Assembly (NCBI GenBank): GCA_029717555.1
Contig: JAMDHS010000062.1
Span: forward strand, 62,001-126,000
Length of the DNA: 64,000 nucleotides
Origin: Peribolospora baueri
Taxonomy: Eukaryota
Direction: 5' to 3'
Positions 51,861 through 63,000 of this stretch are shown piece after piece. Below the pieces are notes generated by a model. It was not told the origin of the DNA and did no database searches. It was given only the letters and a program-made list of their open reading frames with translations. The translations under genes were made by a program, and so were the position numbers. Position 1 is the stretch's first letter, and the number at the start of each line of letters is the position of its first letter.

Positions 51861-52267
51861 TGGTCTACCTACAATCTGAGGGGCTCTTCCGGATTAACGT
51901 GTAGATCGCTGGATCCGAAGTTCTCACTCCTTTCGTCCTATGGATAGGTTCGCCTCGTTTTTTTTTTTATTATTTTTTTCCTTCGTCTTTCTTTGGACGT
52001 TTTGATGGTCTGTCCACTATCGGTCTTTTCACCTTCTTTGGCCTCGGACTTAAGCCCCCTCCGAACCTGTTTGTACGTCAGGTGTGCCGATCCCTGCGAA
52101 CGTCTCCGTTGCGTGACCCACGGGCATGATGGACGAGACGCACTGGCTGGCTGAAGGTGGCTCGAGCGGCGCCAGAACGGCCCACGTGATTCAGCTTCGA
52201 AAAATTGCTACCCACGGCCACTTGATCGAAATCCATTCCCAACACCATAAACAGCGAATACTCGACT

Positions 52268-55200
52268 ATGTCCCCATCCGACCTTTCTTCCCGCACGTTT
52301 TCCGTTCTCCCCACCCCTTCCCATTCCGGCACGAACGCGGCGGTGGGAAGGACGAACCGTGTCCTCGTTCCTGTGGAAGTGCTCAAGGCTGCGAGGATAG
52401 CTGCTGGGGATTGTATCGTTTTGAGACCTGTGGGGGACGCTGGTGGAGAGAAGGTGAGTATACGCATGGAGGGTCGGCCTGACTGGGAGGTGACGATGTA
52501 AGAAGGAGCACATGTGAGAAGAGCAAGCGAGTAGGCGCGGCCCAGTTGCCGCCGTCGCTGTGCTGTGGGCGGACTATGTGTGCCTGGAAGGGACGAGGTT
52601 GAACGAAAGAAAGTCTTAGTTCCGGAGCGCCCTTTCATCCTTTGCACCGTCCGTCTCTCAATGTCCAGGCGAATGAAGAGACGGCTTTGGATCTTGTTGC
52701 AGGTGTTGCCTGGCCATCGTTCGTAGCGGACCCTGAGAGTGAGTGTCCGCGTCTTTGTCGTTTCAACACTTCAAGGACCGAAAATGTTCATCCCGTTCTA
52801 CTTTACTCCTTCAACCGCTTAGGCATTCTCATTCCCAATATACTTCTCCATTCATCCACACTGTCGTACGGCGACCTCGTTCGCATCGAGCCCAAACCTG
52901 TGTTCCATGGTGTCTCAGATGAAATCGTTGTGGCAGTGTCCCCAGCGAGGCCTGGATCTTCTCAGGGGAAGCGGGAGCCCAAGGAGATTGAGACCGAGGA
53001 GAGAGAGTTGCTCGGGATCTACGTTAAGGAGGTGCTGCGTGAGTCGTTTGCCATTTGGACCACAGGTGGTTCGCTTCGATAAGAAATAGGTTGACGTTGC
53101 CGGTTTGATTGCGTGCAGTCGATCTCTGCTATGTGAGGGAGGGACAGTGTTTGCAGCTAAAGTTCCGCGGAGCGACGCTGCAATTACGACTCTCCGCCGT
53201 GTCGGCATCTTCGTCGAAGTCCAGTGCCCCAGATCCTGTACCTTCACAACAACACTGTTTCTTCTCCGTAGTCCGGTCCACGCGGATATCGCTGGCGAAA
53301 TCTCCGAATCACGACATCTCCTCTTCTTTGTCAGATGCAACGACTAATTCACAACAAGGCGCGACAACCGAGGAAAAGAGCAGGCGGGCAGTTGAGGCGT
53401 ATGGGCAAGTTGGCGGCCTGGACAAGCAGATAGAGGACCTTCGGAGCCTGGTTGAGATGCCTCTGATGCAGCCAGGAATCTTTACCCATCTCGGTGTGTG
53501 CGCATTTTCTTCCTCGAAAAGAAAACCAACAGCTGAAAAGCTCTACGATTTATATTTCAGGCCTCAAGCCCCCTAAAGGCGTACTCCTTTACGGCCCTCC
53601 GGGAACGGGGAAAACTCTTCTAGCCCGCGCTGTAGCTGCCTCGACTGGCTCCTCAGTTCTCGTGATCAACGGACCCGAGCTCTCATCCGCCTACCACGGA
53701 GAGACGGAATCCAAGCTCCGACAAGCGTTCGCCGAAGCCAAACGCCGTAGTCCTTGCGTCATCGTCATGGATGAAATCGACGCTCTGGCTCCTAAGCGAG
53801 ACGGAGGTGATGGTGGAGCGGGAGAGGTGGAGAGGAGAGTGGTAGCGACACTGTTGACTTGTATGGACGGAATGGAGAGTCAGGAAACGGAAGACGACGA
53901 GGATGCGGAGGGGTCAGACACGGGTCGCACGCCACCACGGGTAGTCATCGTGGCGGCTACAAACCGGCCTAACGCTATCGATCCGGCCCTTCGACGACCT
54001 GGCAGGCTGGATAGGGAGATCGAGATTGGCATTCCCGACGTCTCTGCTCGTTTATCCATACTCAATGTTCTGCTTGCCAAGATGCCTCACACGCTCTCAG
54101 AGGATGACCTCGCTGCCGTCGCTAACAAGACACATGGGTACGTGGGGGCGGACCTGTCTGCGCTCGTACGGGAAGCAGGAATGCTCGCCATCCGCCGTTC
54201 GCTCGAACAAGGGCCAGGAGGACTGGAAGCAAGTTTGGCTGCTTTATCTTTGGACGGCGAACCGTCCTCGATACCAGGCGGTGCGGTCGGAGCGAAAGCC
54301 ATGCGCCTTCGGCCGGACGATCTCCTGAACGCCCTGCCCACCGTACGCCCCTCGGCAATGCGAGAGGTGTTCATCGAGTCACCCCAAGTCTACTGGAAGG
54401 ACATTGGAGGCCAGGGTGAGGTACATCAGCGCATCAAGGAAAGCATCGAGTGGCCCTTGCGACACCCCGAGACGTTTGCCAGGTTGGGCATCACTCCGCC
54501 TCGCGGCGTACTGCTCTATGGCCCTCCTGGGTGTAGCAAGACGTTGACGGCGAAAGCGCTGGCTACAGAGAGTAGCCTGAATTTCATCGCCATCAAGGGC
54601 CCGGAGGTGAGCTCACTCTGGGCCAGTCCAAAAGTGTGGGGGAACTGGTGGCGACGTATCTGGCTGACTCTTCGTTCTGTGTGGCTTTACACTTCGCAGC
54701 TGTTCAATAAATACGTTGGCGAGTCGGAACGTGCCGTTAGGGAGGTGTTCCGAAAAGCCCGCGCCGCTGCGCCTTCCATCGTCTTTTTCGTAAGTGCGGC
54801 TGGCCTTACGAGCTTTAATTTCCCTGAAGCCTTTCGCCCTCATATCGGCTTTTAATCTCACCTACCTCGAGTGTTCGTATACTCGCCTCTCTTGCCCATC
54901 AGGACGAGATCGACGCTCTGACCATTGCTCGCGGTGGCGCCAACGGCGAAAGCGGAGGCTCTTCCGGCGACCGCGTCATCGCGAGCTTGCTCAACGAGAT
55001 GGACGGCATAGAAGCTTTGAACAATGTCATCATCGTTGCAGCGACGAATCGTCCGGACGTGATTGTGAGTGGTGCGAGAGTGCTTGTGCCCATCGTAGAT
55101 GTCAATGGCTGACGATACATGCGATTTGCATGTCTATGACGGAACAGGACCCTGCTCTCCTCCGCCCAGGGCGGCTCGATCGGCTTCTATACGTGGGCCC

Positions 55201-55602
55201 GCCGGACCTGGCGGCGCGCACAGAGATCCTCCGCATCCGCATGTCGAAGATGTCAGTTGCGGACGACGTGGATGTGGACGCTTTGGCGCAGATGACCGAG
55301 GGATGCTCTGGTGCGGAGGTCGTGGGCATCTGCCAGGACGCGGGACTGCTGGCTATGAATGAAGATTTAGACGCACCGAACGTGAGTACGCGGGAGAGCG
55401 GACAGGCAAATGGTTGCTTGTGAAACTACATGATCCCCTGTGATGACGGTTCCTAATGCTGACGATACACCTGTCACGGCTCTTCTGTCGGAAACAGGTA
55501 CGACAAGAGCACTTCGTCCAAGCGGCGCGGGCCATTCGGAGAAGGATCACTCCGGAGATGCTTCGCTCGTATGAGCGATGGAGAGACCAGACGTCGGTGT
55601 AA
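52268..55602 (+). CDS. AFG2: Type II AAA+ ATPase Afg2/Drg1/SPATA5
   Basis: Two AAA modules: GPPGTGKT / [15 protein letters not shown] / DEIDAL / [13 protein letters not shown], and WKDIGGQ / GPPGCSKT / [12 protein letters not shown] / RPGRLDR. GCSKT in D2 is typical of Afg2. Confidence 0.92.
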
Positions 55603-55897
55603 ATTGTAGCATTGCGGGATGGGTGACTACTTAGAATGGATGCGGCGCTCGAGCTTGCGCAGGTGACGGACGAAATTGGTGCCGGTCTAGCGGCGTAGGA
55701 ACGGAGGAGCCGGGTCATGGCAAAAATGATGGGTGTTCCAGAACACCCTTCCGGTTACGAGTTGAGAAACGGTGAGGCAGCGAGCGGGACCAGGCTCTCA
55801 TTGAGTCAGCTTGGTTACCTTGGGCTGGGCCATGGGCTTCCCCAATGGGCTCACGTACGGAAGTCGTGTTTGGCGCTACGTAGATCTCCACCGCGAA

Positions 55898-56007
55898 TTA
55901 TCAGATCAGATATGGCTGATCCTTCCGACGCCATGCAGCTCGGACGCCATCGGAGCGCGGGCGAAGGCGGCGCAGCACGGGAACAGTAGGTGCATCCGTT
56001 ATCAGAT
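55898..56007. promoter_or_regulatory. Two ATCTGATAA iron-responsive GATA sites (Urbs1/SreA type)
   Basis: TTATCAGAT at 55898-55906 and 55999-56007 matches the ATCWGATAA consensus exactly, upstream of a siderophore transporter. Confidence 0.75.
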
Positions 56008-56313
56008 TTCTTTCCTGTGCCCGCCAACCGCGAGTCGTGCCTCCCGCCTCGCTCCCCTCTCGTGCCTGAAGAGATCATCTGCTCTGGCCTCCCTCGACCA
56101 CTTAATGTGCCCTACTCTCGTATCCTCTTCACCTCCCTCCCTCCTTCCGCCACCTTCCTTCCCCTCCCTTTGCTGTCCGTCGGAGTCGGGCTCACCTTCG
56201 TCGCGCACCTCGCCATCTACGCGGGCGTCCACGACGATAAGCTCACTCTATCCACTTCACGCACCTGACCTCCTCTCTCCCTCGCCGCGTATTACTTTTA
56301 TGCCCAGCAGAGC

Positions 56314-58883
56314 ATGTATTACAGCAACGACCGCAAATCCGCCAGCGGGCTCGACCCCATCGAGCCCGACAACCTCCGCGCCCAACATGGCGCCCAATCT
56401 GACCAGCGCCACGTTTCCGTGCCCGCGCCAGGGGAGGACGCCCAGGCAGGCGTCAAAGCCGTCGAGGCGACACAGCAGCTCTGGGGCACGAAGAGGAGCG
56501 CACACTGGTGGACCTTGTACCTTAGGTGAGCGCTGGAAATCCTGCATCCACGCTCACTAGTCTAGCCCCTTGCTCACCGCCTCTTTTTGACCGCTCCTAC
56601 TGCTCGTAATGCGTTCAGCATCGCCCTCGTCGCCTATGTCGCCTCACTGGACGGCAATACCTCCTACGTATACCTCAATTCGGCAGCCTCGGCCTATTCC
56701 AAGCTTGGACTATACAGCACCATTTCCATTGTCCAGCAGATGATCATCGCCGTCGCGAAGCCGTGAGTGTCGCATGGCACGTGTTTTCTTGCCCTTAATG
56801 GTTACTCTACGGCCCGCAGACCGGTCAATTTAATCTCTATGGCTCTCTATTTTGCTTATCCGATGCCCCTCTTCAACAGACCCATTGCCAAAATTTCCGA
56901 CGTCTTTGGCCGGCCAGCAGCCTATCTCACCTCGGTGCTCTTCTACGTCCTCGGCTACATCATCATGGCGGCCTCTCACAACCTCAACACCCTCGCCGGT
57001 GGTGTTGTCCTATACGCAATCGGAAACACGGGCGTCCAGATCCTTCAGCAGATCCTTGTCGCTGACACGACTACTGCCAAGTGGAGGGGGCTCACTATCG
57101 GTCTGATCAATACGCCGTATATCATCAATTTTGGCGTCGCGCCCAAGGTAGCATCTGGAATTCTGGCGAGTGGTGGATGGAGATGGGGATATGGAATGTG
57201 AGCTTCCTGCGTCTAATTGTGGCGATGGAGCACGATCTGTGGCTCAACATCAATGAAAGAGCTTACCGTGGTCGTATTTCGCCCGCTGCGCAGGATGTGC
57301 ATCCTCATTCCAGCCACGACTGGTCCGCTGATCATCGTCCTCTTCCTAGCCGAACGTCGCGCAAAGAGAGCCAACCTGCTCCCCGCCTCTCCTTATGTTG
57401 GCAATAAACCTTTTCAAATGGTTGTAGATCTGGCGAGGGAACTCGACCTCTTCGGCGTGCTCCTCCTCACGGCCGGATGGCTGCTTCTTCTCCTGCCGCT
57501 CACTTTGGTGAAAGATACGCCTAACGCGTGGAAGGCTGGTGAATTCATGGTTCAGTTACTGTAATTTTCTGTAGATTGGCCAACTCGTTTTCGCTGACCC
57601 GTCTTTACCTTACCCGTTCCACTCACGCTTCCGACCAGGACACATCATCGCCATGATCGTCGTTGGCGGCGTGTGCCTGATCGCCTTTGGTATCTGGGAG
57701 CTCTTCCCCTCCCGACCAATCATGCCGTATCAGTGCTTCAAGAATCGGGCTGTCATGGCAGCTTGCGTAAGCGGATTTTTCCAACCTCCATGCCCTCTTG
57801 ATGACCTGTATGTCGAAGACGGATGGACGCTGACATTCCTTCAATGGTCCAACTGTTTTCTTTTTCTCCCTTGTCGTGACAGGTCATCGGATTTTTCGAT
57901 TTCGCGTCTTTCTATATCTCTTGGAACTATCTCTATTCATTCGTCACCGTCTCTCGAGGATGGAGCGTCAGTGACGCCACGTACTTCTCGTTGAGTCTCT
58001 CTTCCACTTTCTACTGACATTTTTGTCTTTCTAGCCAGGATCCTTACGCTGTTCCTCTTGCGCCGCGCCTCGACGGGGTGCCGACTTGTCGATGGGGCTT
58101 CGATGTCGTAGGTCCACTCAGAGCGTCACGTCCACAGTCTTCGGCACACTCGTCGGTGGACTGATGGCATGGACACGCCACTACAAGTACTTCCTTGTCG
58201 GTGGCGTGGTCGTTCGTCTCCTCGGTGTTGGTTTGAGTGCGTAGTCACCTTCTTGCCTAGGTCTACGGAATCCTTATTGTTGGCTTCGCGCGTCGGTCGC
58301 TTATCTCGTCCCTATCTTTCTACCCGTGTCCCTTTTTTCAGTGATCCGCTTCCGCACGCCGACCGACCCGACGGTAGCCTTGGTCTGGTGTCAGCTTCTC
58401 CAAGGCATCGGAGGCGGCCTCATCTCCATCACCATCCAGACGTCAGCACAAGTGTGCGTTCGACACGGCGATGTGGCCGTCGTCACCGCGCTCGTCCTCC
58501 TTCTCACCGAGATCGGCGGCGCGGTCGGATCGGCCATCGCAGGCGCCATGTACACCCAGATCCTGCCCAACAAGCTGGAGCAATATCTCCCCCAACTCAC
58601 CCCGGCTCAACGCGGTCAGATCTATGCCGGTCTGGACAACGTGGCCAACTACCCGATCGGAGACCCTGTCCGCGAGGGTATAGCGGCAGCTTGGGGAGAC
58701 ACGATGCGCAGGTTGACCATCGCCGCCACTGCCATCCTCACTCCCGCTTTGATCGTTGCCTTCTTCACCTACGATCGCCGTCTGTCGGACGCCCAGAACG
58801 TGGTGGAGGAGGACGACGACTCGTCGACAGGCGCCGAAAAGGAGGAGGCCGTAGTCGCGCACGACGGCTTTCGCGCTGCGTAA
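56314..58883 (+). CDS. MFS siderophore-iron transporter (Sit1/Arn/MirB family)
   Basis: QAGVKAVEATQQLW, AK|PPIAKISDVFGR, ILQQILVADTT..KWRG, WRWGYGM, ELDLFG, QGIGGG...TSAQVCVRHGDVAVVTA, EIGGAVGSAIAGA, NYPIGDPVREGI. Confidence 0.93.
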
Positions 58884-59301
58884 GTGGCATGGCATGGCAT
58901 GTCCTCTCTGGACCCGAATCGTTACAAATGTGCACACGCCCGGCCGCGGACTGTTCGAAAACTTGGCGCCGAAGCTCGTCTCCGTCTGCGTTTCTTCTTT
59001 CGCCGTCGTTAGTCCCATTGCGAACACAAACGAATGGTGGGCCTGCCACGAACCCTAGATTTACACTGCCTACGGCTGGAAGGAGTGCTCTTACGTCATA
59101 ACCTCCCAAGAGAGGCGAAAGGTACATCCATGGCAAGCGTGCGGCGAAGGGTTTACGGGGCATCTTGGCCAGCGATGATGATGAGCCTCGACACATGTTT
59201 TATCACACCGGGTAGAATTGCGAATGCGGTTTTATGCGGGCGCCCAAGCCATACGCGCACAGACATGAACGGCAAGCGAACTACGGACGCAGCCACTCCT
59301 C

Positions 59302-59840
59302 TCGATCGTCTGTCTGTCTTCCTCGGCAGGACGAGGGCCATCGACTGATCGTCGGCAGGGCGACGCGCACAAGTGCCGAGTGCGACCGCGAAAGACAACG
59401 GCGAGAGAGGGCGAGGGAAGAGCGAGGCGGACGTCAAGAAATGGGCGCCGCCGCTCCACCGTCCTTTCCTCTCGTCCATGAGCGCCTGTGCACGGGCCAC
59501 CCTCGCGTCGCCGTCGCCGCAGTCGATCCCGGGCGGCATCTCCGACGCCGTTGCCATTGCCGTCACCGTCGCTCGCCATCGCCATCGCCATCGCCGCCGG
59601 TGCCGCAGTCGATCTTGAGCGAGCCTCGCACAAGCCGGTCGTGACACGGAGTGTCGTCGATGGTCGCCGACGATCGATGGATGGTCATCTCTCTTCTCCT
59701 TCACCTCGGCTTGATCGACCGTCCGCCTCCGCCTGCGGTGGTGTCCCTCTTTTCTTCCCCCTTTCTGCCCTGCTTCTCTCACTTCCGCGCGCCCTCTTGA
59801 CCCTTCAAACCACCACTCGACCGCGCGCTCGCCATCGATC
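59302..59840. promoter_or_regulatory. Cluster of six GATCGA/TCGATC elements upstream of the frq-like gene
   Basis: Hexamers at 59302, 59523, 59609, 59672, 59713 and 59835. Two lie within a 13-bp direct repeat GCCGCAGTCGATC (59516, 59602). Confidence 0.4.
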
Positions 59841-60048
59841 TCGGCCGACATCACCTTCACCCGCCCTATATCGCCGCACCGCACTTTCCATGTTCCCACC
59901 ACCCTCGCCGACGACGCTCACCGGCACTCCCACTTCTCCTTCCTAGGCACGACCTCCCACCCACCGTCCGCCCACTCTGGCCCCCGCCACCGGCCGCCCG
60001 CCGCTCGCCAGTCCCCCTCCTCCCGCACCTTGCGTCCCTCGGCCTGTC

Positions 60049-63000
60049 ATGGAGCCGTTGTCTGGACCTGTCCGTCCACGGGCTGGGGGCCAGCACCGTC
60101 AACAACAGCTATGTGGCACCCCCGGACCGACAGAGGAACAACGGGCTCCTGATCACTCTTCTCCTCCTTCTCGTACCCGCCGCTTATCTCCCTCCGGCAC
60201 CTCCGGCAGCAGCTCCTCAGCAGCGCATAAAAAGCAGAAGCATCCGTTTCCGACGCCTCGTCTTCCCCCGCATCCCGACCGCGCCATTCTCTCCCCCCCG
60301 GATTTCACTCCACGCCAGCGCGCTGACCGGTTCCCCGTCCCCCCACCGCCCGTTTACCCGCTCGACCCTTTTCGCAACGACAGCGGTGGTGCCGGCGGTG
60401 ACGATGGAGAGGCGCCCATCGCCTGGCGCGCACAGCCCTTCCCCCTGCTCCGACCCGGGCGTCCCAGTTGGCCAGGCGTCCATCCCGAATCCCATCGCGC
60501 CCTCTACCACCTCTCCACCTTTTTCTCCTCTCATCAGCAGCACCAGCGCAGCCAGAGCTCGAACGCCGACGTCGATGTCGACTTCTCCTCCAACGGCGAT
60601 AACCCCCGCAACGCACAGCTTCGCTCCCGCTCCCCCACAAGGAGCAACGGTCTCAGCAGCGCCTCCCTCGCACCCAGTCAGAGCGCCAGCCAGTTCGCCC
60701 AAAAGGTGGCTGACCGAGACGGGGATCGAGATCAAGGTCGAGAGTCCGTCGACGAGCGGAACGCCGATCGTGGGCCTTCCGTCCCGTACACGGGCCGGGC
60801 GCCTTTCAGACGCCTATTGCCTAGCGGATCTTCTTCTCAACTGTCGTCTTTCCGGACCTCTCCTTTGGGAAGGGGAGCGGAAGGGGCAGAAGCGGAAGCG
60901 GGAGGAGAGGGGGGAGCGGGAGTAGGAGCAGGAGACTCTTACTCCCATGGAGAGCGTGGCCGAGTGGCGACGACGGTGGACTCGCGCGACGACGACGACG
61001 ATGACGACGACGACAAGGACTCGAGGCTGAACGACTTCATCGACCTCGTCGACGAGCTGACCGTCAAGAACCGCCAGCTCAAGAACCGCATCCGCGCGCT
61101 CAACGTCCCCGCCGATGCCCGGCCTGATCCGAGTCCATACCCGCTCTCCTCTCCGTCTCACTCCCCAGCGCTCTCCTGCAAGGCCGTCTCCGTTAGCAGC
61201 GGCGGGTCCGCCGGCGCGGGCCCTCATCGGCGCGCCTTCCCGGTGAACACGTCGCGCGACGAGGTGCGCATGTCAGATGCCTGTCCCGCACTCTTCGAGC
61301 TTCGCTACCATCCTTCCATGCAGCCGGACGACCGGAGGGAGCTTGAGGATGTTCTCACCGGCTGGATCAAGACGCGCGCGGATAAGCGCAATGGTCGCGT
61401 CCAGGAGTCTTTCGGCGCCCTTGCTGAGGTACCCCAGCGGAACCTCGTTTGCCAGAGGGAGCCTTTCGTCCATGCGGCGGAGAAGGAGCAGCGGCAGCGA
61501 CCGCAGCAGCAACGGCAGTACCTCCAAGGCCAGGGTCGTCTGCATCAGAGCCAGACGACCGACAACCGCCAGGTGGACGTCCCGTATAGCGCCGACCGTG
61601 GTCTCGATGTTCAGCGCATCTTCGCTCCCGCCGACTCCAACGTCAGCTCGGCCCAAGGTCTCTCATTCGGACTCTTCTCCGGCCTCGGCCTCGACGGACA
61701 AGTGTGCTTGGGCTCGGGCTCATCAGTACTGGAAAGCAACGCCAACTCCAACTTTAATGCCAACACCACGTCCACCGGCGCTGCCACCACCGCCACCGCG
61801 AGCTCCGGCATGGTATCCACTTCCGCCGCGGTGAGCCTTCTCTTCGAGTCCCCGCCGCCACCGCCCAACTACCGTCACGTGCCCCCCTCCTCAGCGGCGA
61901 CGCGCATGGACGCTCGCCGGCCCCTCTCCGCCGCGTTCGACTCGGATCCCGACGTGGTGACTACCGTCACGCCACTTGCAACCGTCGTGACGCCCAACGA
62001 CGGCTCGTCCGGTTCCGGCAACTCGGCTAAGCGTCAGGGCGCCGATGGGGTCAGCTTGGGGCGGGAGAAAGGGACGATTGCCAAGGCGTTGGAGATGGAG
62101 AGGGAGAAGAAGGCGGAGAAGGGCAAGGTGGCAAACGTCGACGAGGCCGTTCAGCTTGAGGTCAAGCGGCGGGAGGGAGACGACGACATCGCCGTCGAGC
62201 GCGGGTTCACCTCTTTCCATACCGACGGTCCCTCCGTCGCCGTCAAAGATCCTCCTGCTCATCCCTTCTTTAAGCCCTACCAGTGCTCCATCTTCATCCC
62301 CCCTCCCACCTTTCCCCCCTCCCTCAATGCGTCCGACTCGCTTTCGTCCTCCGAGTCCTCGCCCAAGTCGTCCGAACTCAGCAGCTGCTCAGTGGAGAGG
62401 AGCGGCGGATCGATTGGGAAGGAGCGGGGGACAACGTCCACCTCGAAGAAGGCGTCGTTGTCCGGCAGGTGGAGGAGGGGGAGGAAGGGGAAGAGGAGGA
62501 GGAGGGCCAGCGTCCATGCGTCCAACGCCGAAGCTCCCGTCGTCTTCTACGAGGGCGGGCGCTTCTGCACCGACCTTAGCAAAGACATCCTCTGCCCCGT
62601 CGTCGAGTCCCTTCCCGCCGAGGGCATGGCCGCCACCGCCGCCGCCTTCGATCCGCCGCAGAGCGCCGAGGAGCTCGATCACCACATCCTCGGCGCCGCC
62701 GCCGCTCCCGCCACGCTCCGCAACGGACGGAAGGAGTCTGGCTTCTTCGTGAGGCTCCACGACCGTAGGCTCGCGTTCGAGACTGGGGGAGATGGCGAAG
62801 CTGTCGGCATGCCTCTGGACGCGGGGGAGGAAGAGCGATTTCCATCGACCGACGTCGAGGACGCTTCTCACGCGATCCTCGCCACGCCGCCGCCGCCGCC
62901 GGAGATGGCAGAAACGGACTCGGCCAAGAGCAGCTCGTCGAAGCGGTTCAATACGAGGAAGGAGATGGGCAAGAGTAAGTCCCGCTCGTCGGCGGACATG

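Noticed and set aside
60113..62752. Track ORFs 60113-60925, 61277-61834 and 62045-62752
   Set aside because: Off-frame shadows of the long frame starting at 60049.
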